Positions 11,509 to 63,779 of a DNA stretch of 64,000 nucleotides are shown here, one piece after another. Origin of the DNA: Eutreptiella sp. 'Long Island Sound 2002' (lineage: Eukaryota > Protista > Euglenida); assembly GCA_964036045.1 (NCBI GenBank), contig OZ038378.1, positions 180,048,001 through 180,112,000 of the forward strand, given 5' to 3'. The notes beneath the pieces were generated by a model. It was not told the origin of the DNA, ran no database searches, and saw nothing but the letters and a program-made list of their open reading frames with translations. The first letter of the stretch is position 1. Each line of letters opens with the position of its first letter. Made by a program: the position numbers and the translations under genes.

Positions 11509-11577
11509 ATGGCCCCCACCAACCTGAGGGGGGGAACCTTCACGGCATTTGGGGGGAGATTTCCAGGAGGGCGTAAG
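11509..11577 (+). CDS. Putative first coding exon of the WD40 gene (MAPTNLRGGTFTAFGGRFPGGRK)
   Basis: ATG at 11509, AG 13 nt upstream (possible trans-splice acceptor), donor AAG|GTATGA in phase 0 matching the phase-0 acceptor at 12154. No homology support. An ATG at 12185 is an alternative start. Confidence 0.35.
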
Positions 11578-11719
11578 GTATGATATCAGCAGATGTTCTG
11601 CGCCTGCAAGTGTTGCATGCATGCAGCTGTAGTAGATGCGATCAACTGCAGCTCTGCTCCATAATGTGCCTCACGTGCGTGAATACTCATTAGGAGGGTC
11701 CTTTAGGAACTAGATTTTT

Positions 11720-12075
11720 TTTTTGTTAAGGACCACCCTTAAGGACCTCCCCACGGGACCACCAACCGCCAACCACCAACCGCCACCAACCGCCAACCGC
11801 CACCAACCGCCAACCACCAACCGCCGCCAACTCCAGCGGCGACCAACCGCCAACCGCCAACCACTGCCAACTGCCACCAATCACCAATCACCAACTGCCA
11901 CCAACCACCACCAACCGCCACCAACCGCCAGTTGCCAACTGCCAACCGCTAATCACCACCAACCGCCAACCACCACCAATCATGGTTGAATATATGAGCT
12001 GCATGGGGTGGTTTTGGGAAAACTGTGTATAGGAACACTTTTCTTTTTTTTTTTCCCTCTCTTAAGGCCCCCCTG
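11720..12075. repeat. Dispersed element with CCAACCGCCA minisatellite core
   Basis: Array of caaccgcc/caaccacc at 11757-11985; related copy at about 36745-36990 with a similar ttttt...taggacagccc/taaggcccccc end. Confidence 0.75.
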
Positions 12076-12154
12076 ATACTCGTTGATTCCTTTGTGCCAC
12101 CGGGATGGCGGCTGTGATCTCATGCACGTGTCCTCCATGCCGTATTGATCATAG

Positions 12155-51237
<39,083 letters not shown>

Positions 51238-53677
51238 GGTGTGTCTATGTATAGGCCCGCATGCCGGCACACAAGCCCACACTTAATTCCATTTCTTTGT
51301 GCACTGCCTTGTGCACCCGTGTGTGTTGTGTGTGGCTGTGGCTGTGCTTGTGGCTTTTGTGCCGCTGTTGCAGTGTGCTGCGCACATGTGTGTGTTTGCC
51401 CCTCTTGTCAATTTGTATCGTGTGGTTTTGGACGGTGCGCAGGTTTGTTATGGGTTTTGTTTTTCAAAACCCAATGTATGTATGGAGGGTGGGCTGGGGG
51501 CCATTTGTGACGGCCTTCGTGCTGCAGTTGAATGGTCCTTGGTCTACGTTTGCTGTTCGTCTGGTGGTCAGCAAGGACACACGTCTCTGAAGGCCGACTG
51601 ACGGCGAAGATGTACGCCGGCAGTGAATTAGATATACCAGCGGCAAACTACCGGCATTTCGTCCGCGCAACATGCCACCGGGCTTCGGTGCGCCTAGTGG
51701 CGGGCTGTGCGCACCTTGTTAGGCATTTTCAGCGGACAAAATGCCTGTAGTATGCCGCACCCATTCAGGCAATTCAGGCTATGGGCCGGCTTTTTGGCAG
51801 CACAAACCACCACGGGCGGCGCATATTTACTAAACAGGGCGGTGCATACTCCCACTTGATATGAGTGGGCAAGGTTGCAGATCGATTTGGGTTTAAAAGC
51901 GTTATCCGTAGACAGGCCTCCGCGAGAGCATACTGAGCAAGGGACGGGCTGGAGCAAGCCACGTTGAGGCCGCATCACACACCGGATCTGAAGGACAGTG
52001 TTCTGCAGACCTCCTCTTTGTCTGGCAGCTGCCTGACGAACTTCCGGACGTGCAGCCCTGGTCAGGGCCTGATCAGTGCCCATTTGTCACAATTGGTTCT
52101 GACAGATGCAAAAAACAAGCTCCGTGAAGGAGCAATTGGTGTTTGGCCTAAGCAAAGCATCAAATAGTGTGTATGCAAATCTGGACACCGTTCCTGCTGC
52201 TTCTTCTGCTGGGGCACGCTCATGAGGCCCCTGCCGTGAGTGCGGCAGCGGAAGGATACTTGTGGACAGATGTGGCCTCCCTCCCCCCCGCCGAATCTTG
52301 CCCGTGGCGTTTCATTGGTCAGATCCATAGAAATGAGGTGCGGCCGGTGGCTGAAGTGAATTAACGCTGTGGAGTGCGTAACTGCGCATAAATGGTAATG
52401 CCTGGATTAGTAAACAGGAAAATTTAAGTGTGCTGTTCATCGATCGATCCATTGCCTCAGCGTTCAAGAAATGAATGGAGTCTGCGGAACAGGAAGGCCA
52501 TACGGCCCAAAGGTATCCATCAAACACACGTGACATCGTCAAAGACGCTAAGAAATAGAACAGACTGTTGACCAATTCAAAGCCAAAATTGCTTGCACAA
52601 AGCAACCTCGAAGCTGTAAGGGAACGACGGCGCTTGCATCATTTTCTGGCAGACACCCCGATCTGTCCCCCCCCTTTGTCAGCCTGCCTTGACCCCTCTC
52701 GTCAGCCCGCGTCCTGTTGACAGACACAAGAGAGGGTACAGACAGGCAGACGCTGTACGCGTCCACCAAGTCCGACGCCGCGTTCCACCTCTTCCGGGCA
52801 TGTTCACCCGTTCTGTCTCTCCCAAGACGTGACCACATGTCCCTCAGCTACAGCACAACCACGTCCACATTGAGGGGGCGTCACGCCTAAGTTTCCATAA
52901 GTTAACCCATTATGATACCCCGTCCCCAACCTGAGTCGAATGTTCACACTCTGTGTGATTCGCTGGCCCTTCCGGGCCCTCTGCACCCGCCACAGAATCT
53001 CGACATCCCTGTCAGCTGCACGGCCTGTCAGCTGCATGGCCTCCACTCCACTCTACTCCATTCTACTCCACTCTACTCCTGCGCCCTAGAGCGCTCTGCC
53101 AGTCTTTTCAATGCAACCCCAGCGTTCTTTTTTTAACCTCATTTGCTTACTGCTATTCACAGTCATCACCCTGTGGCACAGGATGGAACTTTTTTTGGCT
53201 TGTGTTTTGCGTGTCATTGGCGATTGTAGATCTGCGCGCCTGAGGGAGGGGGATCGCATGCTTGTATGGCCTCTTGGATCTCAACCATAATCTCAACAGT
53301 TGCTCCGAATATTTGTCGCAAGCCCGAAATCTTGCATCCCTTCATGGTATCATTTCCTGTGCGTTTTGTTGCAGAGTTTTTCCTGTCTGTTTCTGAATTT
53401 GTTTCATTGTTTTGCAGTGCCAAATCAGATTCTAGGTTCAGGCCTAAGGGACTGCCGGAGGGAAGGGTGTGGAAGAATGGCGTCCGGAGTCAAAGGAAGT
53501 GTTGTGGATCGGCTGCTATGTCGTGGGGGATTTTTCAGAGGTGGGTCAGCAGGTGAAATCTCGCTGACGTGCAATTTCTCCCACCATTTGGTGAGCGACA
53601 TGCCCGCAATTTGACCCACCCTGTAAATGCCATGTATATCACCAGCGCTGCGTCTTCTGGAACGAATCATGCTCTTG

Positions 53678-54398
53678 GGGGGCGCCTTAAGCGCAGTGCG
53701 CGCGCAGTGCAACTATTTGGGTGTCTAGCCGTACTGGAGACCCATACTTTGTGATACTAGGGGGCATCATTGTTGCCCCTAACGTAGGTTTTGATGCTTC
53801 TTCCACATTGGGGATATGGCATTTTTGGATTTTCACCCACTTTCACCCATTTCCGCCCCGTTTCACACTTTTTTGCTCATCCCCACCATGGACTCCCACA
53901 CTTTGGTGTGGGCCCTTGAGTTGGGGTGACAGACTCCCCGGTTTTTGCCTGACCACGGTCGAATGCCCTATGCGAGGCCGCATCACTGCTGATAAGGATG
54001 CGTGGTTGTACCACAACTGGAAACCGGAGTTTGACGTGGATTCCCTCCTACAAGCCATTTTGCCCCACGGTCCAGTGGAGGATGAGGTGGACACATATGA
54101 GGCCTTGGCACTAGCTGGTAGGGTGAGTGAGCTTTCAAATGCCGCCACTCCAAAGCTCTGATTTTGTATTTAGTTGACAATTGAACAGAAAAGAAGATAT
54201 GTGTGTGTCTTTCCGCATTTTGCTTGATGTCTTATGTGAGGGGAAGGTAGCTTGCATTTGTCTTTAGCTAGGGCAATTTGGGTGACCTAAATTTGGGGGC
54301 ATTTGGAAGGGGTGTGCCTTGGGGTTCTTTCGGGAGGACCTACTCTAAAAGTAGCGCGCAGTGCGCGCGACGTGCGCGCGCAGTGCAAGGATTCCCCC
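53678..54398 (+). mobile_element. Non-autonomous PIF/Harbinger-like element related to 4177-5483
   Basis: TTG target duplication, GGGGG...CCCCC ends, about 100-bp left block nearly identical to 4275-4370 (gagacccatacttt...ggggcatcat) and right block aaaagtagcgcgc. Confidence 0.8.
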
Positions 54399-57300
54399 TT
54401 GACCCAAGGCCTGCTGCCTATTGACGCCAAGGACTGGCGCTCTGAACATTGTTTGCTGATGCACCGAGAGGTCACCGACAGTATGGATGGGCTTGATGCT
54501 CCGTAGACCGCCCCACTGTTTCTCCGCTGTTTGCTTTGCATTTTGGTGGGCTTTGTAGGTGTGGTCGTCACCACAATATAATTCGCCATCACGTGCACGG
54601 CCTTTCACACCTTTCATGCAATATCGTCGCATCCCTTGTCCATGGTTGGTGACGGCCTCTTCGTATGCTGAGTCAGAGGCCGCGGGCTAGCTGGAGAATG
54701 CTGGGCGGGCTCTGTCGGTGCACGTCTGTTTGGGGAGCAGAGGGCTGCCCTGTTCCGTGGGCCTGTGACCACTGCTCATTCCAGACGGCCAACCAGAAGA
54801 TGCCCAAAAGAAGAGTCGCGGTTTGTGACGCAATATTTGTTGTGTCCTGGCCCCTGGCCTCTCTCGTTCTGCCATGCCCCTGCAGTGGCAGGTTGTCGCC
54901 AAAACGGCAAAGAACAAACACACGTCGGGGGTCATGTTTTGCGCCGTGACTCTTTGAGTTTGGACTGCTATGGGCTACAAAGAGAGCCACAGTGGGTCTT
55001 ACCCGGACGGTTCAGCCACTGCACCTTTTCCGCACAGCGGCCAGGCCGAGACAGGGGCAAGTGCTCATCAACGTCTCTGTGCCCGTGGCATGTGAAGACA
55101 TGCATCACTGCTGTTCAGTGAGGGGCTGTGTGGTATTTCGAGTAAAAACTTTTTTTTTGTATTGTGAGTCGAGAAAGGAAGGAGAAAATAGTTAGCAGAC
55201 CCCACTTTCACAGGGAGAAGGAGATCTGAGGCCGACAAAACTCTTTCAACCGGGATCGTGGTATCCACTGCTACATGGACGTTGCAGTCTACACCCAAGT
55301 CTTGCTCCCTGTGGTGCCTTCTTGGGGACACAACTCACCCGTGTGAAACGAACGCTCCCGCCCGTCAGATGGTTGTTCGACTTGTACTCTGCCCGTGTCA
55401 GGAGGACAGCAGGATCGAGGGAACCAGTACTCTCAAGGTGGCGCCTCCTAGAGGCGTGCATCACTGTGACTCAGTTTTTCGTTGTGTTACCCAGCTTTCT
55501 CCCCACACCCACCCACCCACCCTTCCCACGCTGATTTCCCACATTTTCCGCATCAGTCGTCGAGGTGAGCACCCTCCAAACTTCACTGTCATGGTAATGA
55601 CCAGATGTGAAGCAGGCCTAAACAATACCCGTTTCTGCAATATACCGTGCATTTATCCTCGAAATGGGCCAATTTAGGAAAAATGGGGGGAAATGGGTGA
55701 AAGTGGGGGAAATTTTTGGATGCTCCATGAAAAAAAGGGGAATTTGGGGACTGAAAAGGTCGAAAAACGGGGTTTTGATTGGCAACAAGGCTGTGTGTGT
55801 GGGGTGTGTGGGGGGGCTGGATTGGTGAAAGCTCCTGAGGGAAAATGGGGGGAAATGGGGGGAAATGGGTGAAGATGTGTCGTTTTTGGAAAACTGAGCT
55901 CCCAGAGAAAATGAGAAAATGGGCCACGAAGCAATTTGGGTATCATCAAGTGGGACAACGGTGTGCTCCAGGGGACCCCTAGAGCATCCTCGAAATGCAG
56001 TTGCTCACTCCTGTTTGACTGTAGGACTACTACTGATTTGCCAAAGGGTGTTTAGTGTGACTCACACACTCCTTTTCCATATCCTAACGCCTGCACTGCA
56101 CGCTCACTGATGCGCAGTCCTCAAATGTTTGCTTTGAGCCATCTGTCAGCAGTGCCGCAATTGAGCCCTGCATGAAAAGCAGTTCCGTTAGAGGTGAGGT
56201 GTGGGAGTGGGTCAGTGTGGTGCACCAGGTTCAGTCAACAGCGCTGCCCTTTGGGCACAGAAGGGCGACCAGTTTTGTAATGTACACAGCAGATAGGTCA
56301 GTGAGCGCAGGGGTTATGGTTGGCACTGGACTGGCACTTGGGGCACATTTATCAGACTCAAAGAGAGTTCAAGAGTGAATGGTGGGACGCCAACGGGTTA
56401 TAGAATGTGTGCTCGGCGTCCTCAATCTGCTGCCACATCGACACAAGAAATGAGCCAAGTCCAATGTGAAAACCTCTGGCGGTGGCAAACTTTTTTTTGG
56501 ATTGATTCGTCTGGCAAACGACTATGATCCACTCACAGCAGGGCTATCATCCTGGTGAAGCTTGGTATGGGCTCCAGTCTGGTTTTGGATGTCAATGGTG
56601 TGTAGAAATTACAGTTCTATATGCAAAGTGCAAGAATCACTCTTTAACAATTGATACCCAATCTGGAACCTTTCTGTACATTTACAAGGCGGAATTTTGC
56701 ATTACTCAGCCCTCCCACCCCAGTCCCTGATGTCCTCTGAGAGCCCTGTTGATAGTCCGACCGTGGGTAGCCTGCTGGCCTTATGTGGGCATCTCAGGGC
56801 AAGGCGTAACTCTCCTAACACAGGATGGCCCCAAATGGATTCAGAAAGGGCACGTTGAGGGACAGCACTGGGGGAAGGACTGCTGTTATGGACATTGCAG
56901 GTAATGGGTATGCAAATTCGAACATCTGCTACAGCATCAGGCAAATTGGTGCCCAGGAGGTTGTGTATTCCAGGGCTGTGCTCAGCGAGGCTTCCAATAC
57001 ACAGAGAGGTGTTCTGGGTCCAACACTTTCCATTTCCTCCCACTTTCGAGAGCGCATAAACGACCTAGACCAAAGGAAGTAGGTCATACAAAGCACATGA
57101 CACTATATATTGGTTGCACTTCGTGGCAACCAATCATCCTTATGGAAGCAGACGATTTCTTCCTGCCCTTCAGCGGGGGACCAATGGTCTGGGCAGGTGG
57201 GTGGTCAGGCCAAAGTGCCAGTGTTCTGCAATATCTGCCCCCCCCCTCTCCCGGGCGGCCGGTTGAACTTTTTTTGGGTTGCCTGGCATTGGCGCGGTCT

Positions 57301-57935
57301 GAATTGAGCGTTTGAGTGAGATTTTGCACCCACATTGGCACTGTACGCGCAAAAGAGAGCGAGAAGCTGAATACCCTGAACAGGTACACAAGCACCAGGC
57401 TGCAGGGGACGGGTCCAAACGCAGCCGGGAACATCGTTCGTGGCAATGTTTACGAGAATGCGTGAGACCAGACAGGCAAACATGATGTGATAGAAACAGA
57501 CTGAGGATGTTCCAAGGAAAACGGTTGGCCCAGGTGTCCATCATTGAATGAAATGGGGGCCTCCACCTCACGAGTTAATACATATGTAGGCACGGTTGTT
57601 GTACCTGCGGCCTTCTGTTAGGCGGGGAGTCCGGACTACCCTTCGCATTTATGCACCCAACACACTTGATCCCAAATGGGGTTCAGTCAAGAGCGGTCAA
57701 GCCACAGGAACAGTCGCCAAAGCCGATCGCTTTTCAATCTTTGAGCTCGACGAACGTGGTTACAGGCCGCAGCACAGGGCCAGCAACTGTCGTTCGATGA
57801 GCGATGCGAACTGGTGCCAGAGGTGTGATAGAATCTTGAAATGGTATCCATTCAGTGCACGCCACTCTTTACCCCTGCAGTATCCCTCCTCGCTTTCTCT
57901 CAGAGGCTTTTTCTTCGGCTTTCCAAACCATCACT

Positions 57936-58112
57936 ATGAATCGTATCACGGGCCCGTACACCTTTTTGAGACACTCTCAGTATGTGATCCCTCTGACGGC
58001 CTTCTTCGGCTTTTGGTATGGCCTGCGGCAAGTTATGTACAACGCCGACTCTCACGTCGAAGTCCAGATCAAGCGGCCAGCCATTGCCGATGCCCCGGCA
58101 CCATCCGAATGA
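57936..58112 (+). CDS. Small intronless 58-aa protein with one predicted TM helix; weak NDUFA4/B12D-like resemblance
   Basis: MNRITGPYTFLRHSQYVIPLTAFFGFWYGLRQVMYNADSHVEVQIKRPAIADAPAPSE*; coding-like codon use; pyrimidine tract + CAG at 57901-57903. The family call is weak. Confidence 0.55.
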   Translation: MNRITGPYTFLRHSQYVIPLTAFFGFWYGLRQVMYNADSHVEVQIKRPAIADAPAPSE

Positions 58113-59235
58113 TGGCGTCACAGCCCCACCCAGGGCCCAGTTCCCCCTGATGGCGCCTATCCCACAACGCTTACAGCGACCCCAGGGTCAGCCAACTTTC
58201 AACCCAGACCCACCTCAATTCAACCTGAATCCACGTCTTAATCAAGGTCGAAGGTAGGACTAGCTGGGCAACCCCTTGTCTTGGGATGCTGCCAGGGCAG
58301 GGCGACGCCATGGTCAGAAGAAAATGGGAGGCCAAGAAAACCAAGAAAGCGCACACTTTGGATTTAGACCACCATCACAGGCTGAAGAGTTCTGGAGGGC
58401 GGGGCCGCCATGAGCGCATGCAACCTGCTGCACACAAGGCACCTCAAGGAGGTGGCCCCTTGTTATGGGCATCACCATGATCGATCAGTTTGTTTTGTGT
58501 CCTCGTGCACATGTCAACATGACCTTGGATCAGTGTGTATGCCTGACCTACAACAAAGACAGCCCATGTCTCATATCTTCCAACTTCGCAATTGGGAGGG
58601 TGTATGAGTATGGCCCTGAGCCCAAGTGGCCTCCGGACTGTTCCCATTGAGGTTTGATGGTTGGAGGATTTTTGGTTGATGAGGTGGTGGCTCAGCCAGT
58701 AAATGTTTTGGGCCGCAACCCTACCCCTGACCCCAACCTCAACCTAATTGCCAATCCGAAAGCATGGTGCAGCCCTATGTGACGTACCGCCCCCCAAAAT
58801 CCCATCCCTTCACCCCAAGCTTTGAGCTACATCTGTGTTCTGAGCCCCTGGCTCACCGCTGCTCTGTTCCTTAACCCTGTATTATCCACAAGGGTAACAC
58901 AAGAGATGATGCAAGCAGGTGACCAGGACTGTGAAGAACCACAAAACAGCATCTGAGTGGTCAGCAGAGCCCCTGAAGTGATGGATTGCGCAGCAAGTAA
59001 TCTTGCATAAGGGAGTCATTCTGTCTTTTTTTTTTTTGCAGTTTAGCCTCTCGTGCGTCTGGCTCTCCCTGAATGTTCCTTTTGAACCATGGCTAATTTT
59101 CAGCTAGGTGCTGTCTTGGCATGTGCCGCCGGAAGGAGGACTGCCCTGCTCACACATATAGATGTTGTAGCTTACAAGGATGATGCCCTCATCACGGTCC
59201 TGCTGTCCACTGGTCTTGGTTAATTTGGCTACCAA

Positions 59236-59316
<81 letters not shown>
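59236..59316. repeat. (TG)n microsatellite
   Basis: Seen directly. Confidence 0.98.
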
Positions 59317-59317
<1 letters not shown>

Positions 59318-60469
59318 AGACAGTTCATAGATAATGGTCAATTTCGTAGTACCGGATCAGAGTAACAGGACAATATTCACCTGGTCAATGAATAATGACC
59401 CCCAGGCTCACAGAATGTGGCTGTTCGACAAGACGAGACAACCATATGAAGCAGAGATTTGTGACATTCTTTTGTTGCATATTTGCGGATGTGCATGTGC
59501 ATCATCTATGCATGCTTGGTTGGCATTGGTTCACCTTGCCCAGGCTTTGTGCACCAGAGCAGTTGATATTTTTCAGTGCGAAAAGACGGAGAATGCATGC
59601 ATATGCACATACGTACACCCGTAGAGGTACATTTATGTGCGTACACAGTGGCTGCCCCACACCCAGTGGCTCAGAAACTGGGCATGGGCAATGGGTGTTG
59701 CATGAACATGGTGTGTCATGCAGACACAATGGATGTTGACCCCCCAGAGCCAGCTCAATCCTCAGCCACATGAGCTCTTGAAGAGTATTAACAGCTCCAC
59801 CACTATAATTATTGATCGGACCCGATGGGCATGAGTGCTAGGCGCCGATGCTCACCACTTCCCATCCAATGACAGACATGATCACCAAGGCTGGATGTAG
59901 CCACACTTTCACTTCGGTGACAACTCTGGAGTGGTACCCCATTCACCTTGGCCTCCACTAAAGGAAAGGTGCATCTTTTCAGATTGAAAATCCATGTGAT
60001 CAGTGAAACCATTCTTCAGAGGGGCCATGGGACTAGGCTAAGATCTCCACAGCTGTGACCGGGTGTGGGGGGTACTTCCCTACGGCGAGTTTTTGGAATA
60101 AGTCAAGTAGCAGATGGGATGGGCAAATCATTTTCATATTACACTCCTTCCCTCAGCGCTCCACCCCTCTACGTAGTGTATGCATTCTTTTTACAGTGAA
60201 GGGGCTAAGGGGTGGTTCCCCAAAATCGAGAATGAGCCGAAATAGCACCCAAACCAGACGCAAAGGAGAGATGCACACCCCATTGGACATGTTCTGACAC
60301 CGATTGGCAAGCGTGTGTTCTCACAGTGCGTACAATCAATGTGCAGTACACATGCTATACATGCTACTATACATACAATATAAACATCCGTTCCCAAGTA
60401 TCGCCACTTCATGTCTACAATCTGCCACTGCCAACCTCCCACCCTACTCATCATCGCTATCTCCAAGGT

Positions 60470-60762
60470 GCGACGGCCTACAACCTACCAGTGGTGCTGC
60501 TGTGCGGCACCAGTGCAAGCTAGGTCGCATGGGTAAGTGCAGTCAAAGCACATGGTCGGTATGTAGATTCATGAAGACTGTCATTTCACATCTACAAAAG
60601 ACATCGCATCATTGCTTTACACTGTTGCCTTGCATGTTGCCAACACACCCACTGTGAGGCACCACAAATTTAGTGGTGTACACACAAGTGAATGCTATTC
60701 TTTCAGCCTTTTTTCGAACAATGTTTTAATAACCACACACACACACACACACACACACACAC
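60470..60762 (+). repeat. Dispersed (CA)n-tailed repeat, copy 2
   Basis: Inverted homolog of 35985-36260, ending in (CA)n. Confidence 0.88.
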
Positions 60763-62289
60763 CAAGATCCCCGGCTAACTCAACCAGGCTAAGCGTAGGT
60801 AGGACCTGATAAAAATGGTGAAACCCCCACACGCACACACACACACAAGTCTCTTTTGTTAACCCCTTCACGTGGTGAACCCGTTTGGCACCAAAAGTTA
60901 ACAACAAAGTGTATTTGGCTGCGTAGCAGCGCCCGAAGCCACGGGCCAGTTCTGCAACTGGATCCACGGTTTCCATTTTTAAGGCCCCTCCCCTGGGCCC
61001 TGCATAATGCCTGCCGCGGTCTCTGCCACGAATGTTGCAGCCATCACGGCGGCAGTGCTGGAGCAGCTGAAGAAGAACGTTGATGCGGCGGTCACTCAGG
61101 AGCTGGGGCAGCACCAGGGCAGCGGTACGACCTCCAGATGAAGCACGAGCAAGAACGAGAGTGGACAGCCGCCGCAGGGTCAGCAACAGGCGGCACAACG
61201 GAGCCCAGCCTCTCCGCCCTCCAGTAGGAGTTCGCAGCGGGGGAATACAACAACGCTCAGGGAGCCAGCGCTTGTAGCGTAGGTCACAGATAGTGCCTCG
61301 CAGCTCTGCTATGGCCGCGAGCAGGGCATCCTCGATCGTCGCTGCGCTAGGCGCTGCTGCTGCCTTGGCCGGCGTGTTGTCGGAAGGAAATCGCGGCCGT
61401 GCGCAAAGCCGAGGCGCTGCAACAGCCGAAGGAGTCGGTAGCACGCCAGGGGGGACGGCGTCCACGCGGAGAGGACCTGGGGAATGCCACGCAGCGCACC
61501 TAGCTGGCACAGGCCCCACCCAAGCCTACCTATGCGGCGGCAGCGCAGTCGTCTCCACGGAGGGGGCACACGCACACTGTGGTCGCCAAAAGGGAGCCGC
61601 AGAACGCAGGCATTCCGCTCCAGCCGGTGGTGGAGGAGCTCCAACAGACAGCCGAGAAAGGGGGGTACGGTGCAGTGGTGCCAGCAAGGCCGTACAGGGA
61701 CCGCGACCTGGCGGACACGGGCATGACGCAACTGGCGCCGGCATCACCGCCAGTGCAATGGCCCTCGACTCTCAAAAAGGTGCTTCTGGTGGGCAGAAAC
61801 ACGGAAGATGCATGGGTAGTGGCCTCGGAGGCGGTGGCGGCGAACAAGGGTCTGCATGTTGTGGCTGCGATCGTGAACGTGGGTCTCCCAGGCGCTGCGC
61901 CAGCAATAGATGCTCTTCTCCGGTCGGTGGGATGGAGCAAGGAGGATCTTGCCCTCACGGGTGCACATCTGTCGGTTACGGCAACGAGCCGGTCCAGCCA
62001 GTGGGAGCCCGTCAAACCGGGCCTAGCGGCCTACCCTCAGGAGACAGGTAGGAACTGGAAGGTGAGAGGGAGTTGCAAGTGCGGGGAGACAGTCCGTGGT
62101 TGCCAACATGTACACACATGGCAACGTCCGAAGATGACCAGGATAACCGAAGTGTGCCGCGGTCTAACAACTGCTCGTCACCGACATGCACACACATGTG
62201 TACGTTAGAGGAAGAAGACAAACCACATGCTGCGGGGACAGGAATTTTTGGCAGAGCTGTCAGATGTGGAGTCAGTCCCGGACTTCAAC

Positions 62290-62580
62290 AAAGATTCATG
62301 CCTGGGTGGATGGGTTCGAAATTCGGGGGCAGGCAAGATTCGATGTGTACTTCCCAATGTCAGCGAGCCTGTTGTGGGCCACATTGGGACCACGGACCAA
62401 TAACAAGGTAGAGGCCTCAACAATTAGGGCAGCGATATGTGCTATGCGCTGTGCGCGACAACCAGGAGTGGTGCTTGTCTAGTGACCCAAAGTGGTGCAT
62501 TGACATTTTTAACAATTTGCAGTTGTATAAGCGCAAGGGATGGATGGCTAAGAGTAGGGGCAATGTTGCCATTTTTCATT
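62290..62580 (+). mobile_element. Decayed RNase H1-like fragment (retroelement)
   Basis: KIHAWVDG...FDVYFP...GPRTNNKVEASTIRAAI / LSSDPKWCIDIFNNLQLYKRKGW parallels YTDG, TNN.AEL, TDS.Y and W...GW; frameshifted. Confidence 0.6.
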
Positions 62581-63335
62581 TTGAGACTTTGCTACTGTGG
62601 GGAACACCGATACAACTGTTGTTGAAGGGCTTCCCTCCCGGTGTGGGTCTGGGGTGTTCGGTGGCTAGTAGGTGATGCCTCTCACAAGTAGGGCCGACTC
62701 GCATGCTGTGATAACTGCTTAGCATTCACACTTGTCCTTTGGGGGTCCATGTGACACACATGTCATTGGGATGTCTTATACCATGTCTAAAACCAATTGC
62801 ACAAACTGTTGTTTGCATATGGACATTGGGTAGAAGGACGAAAAGTGTCGCAGCTGTTAACAAGAAGTGAAAACAGACGTATTGATTCGAACACATATCT
62901 TTGGTACCATATTTCCCCAAAGTGCCATCATACCATACACGGTGGGGACCAGACTGCCACACGAGGCTAGGTATGCAAGCGAGTCCTATGAATGCATACT
63001 GGCTCATTGTTACTCGCACTAGGCACCACTATGCTGCTTGGGTATGGTCCTACACAACCTTTGTGCATAGCAATACACCCCCTATATGGACTGCATTGGA
63101 AATCACGAGCCCTATGGGGTGATGGGCATTCTATTGAGCCTATGGTTGATGAAGCTTATTGATGAAGAAACACGAGAGCCTTGCGAGTGTGGAGCACACC
63201 ACAGCTGTTCGCCCTCACTTCTATTTACAACATCAATAGTGGAATGGTGTTACCTTTCCTTCTATCCCAAAAACGTATCCAAAGAAATCAAGCCACGATA
63301 CACATACCGGATCAACCCACATCACTTCCGGATCT

Positions 63336-63708
63336 TTACCTGGAAGCATTGCCGCTAACATTCTCCTTCGGATCGTCCGTTTCTTCCGTTCGGCATGTTT
63401 GCGCGGAACAGGCTCTCCGAGAAACACATCCAAAGTTTGCTCCGCAGGTGCCTTCTCAAAACCCGCATGGTCCCCACGGTATTGGTGCCCTTTGGCAATC
63501 TGCAGTGCCAGCGCCGTAGACCCCGCGGGCAACCGCATTTGGGCGCCCCCTTCCTTGGTTGTTGAGATGTCCTGCACTTCATACGGGATCTGCTTGGCAT
63601 TGAGAATGTCCATGATTCTCCGCTGCTGCTTCTGGATGGACTTGATTTGATGATGCTTGAGACCGGCGAAATCGCTTTGAGTATGCACCGTGAGGTCACT
63701 TGGAACAT
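63336..63708 (-). pseudogene. SH3BGRL-like: SH3BGR/SH3BGRL-like (glutaredoxin-fold) processed pseudogene
   Basis: SDLTVHTQS...IKSIQKQQRRIMDILNAKQIPYEVQDISTTKEGGAQMRLPAG...LQIAKGHQYRGDHAGFEKA...TLDVFLG. Intronless; ATG out of frame; conserved PPQI lost; acidic tail (EETDDPKENVSGNASR*) in a shifted frame. Confidence 0.8.
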
Positions 63709-63779
63709 TGGGCACAAGGCACGGCCAATGACAGGCGATGGGAGCACAAGGTCCCTCGGAGTCGTATTTCCAGCGCAGT

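Noticed and set aside
59930-59990. Retroviral-type aspartyl protease start (PLVEAKVNGVPLQ, minus strand)
   Set aside because: No following DTG/DSG catalytic motif
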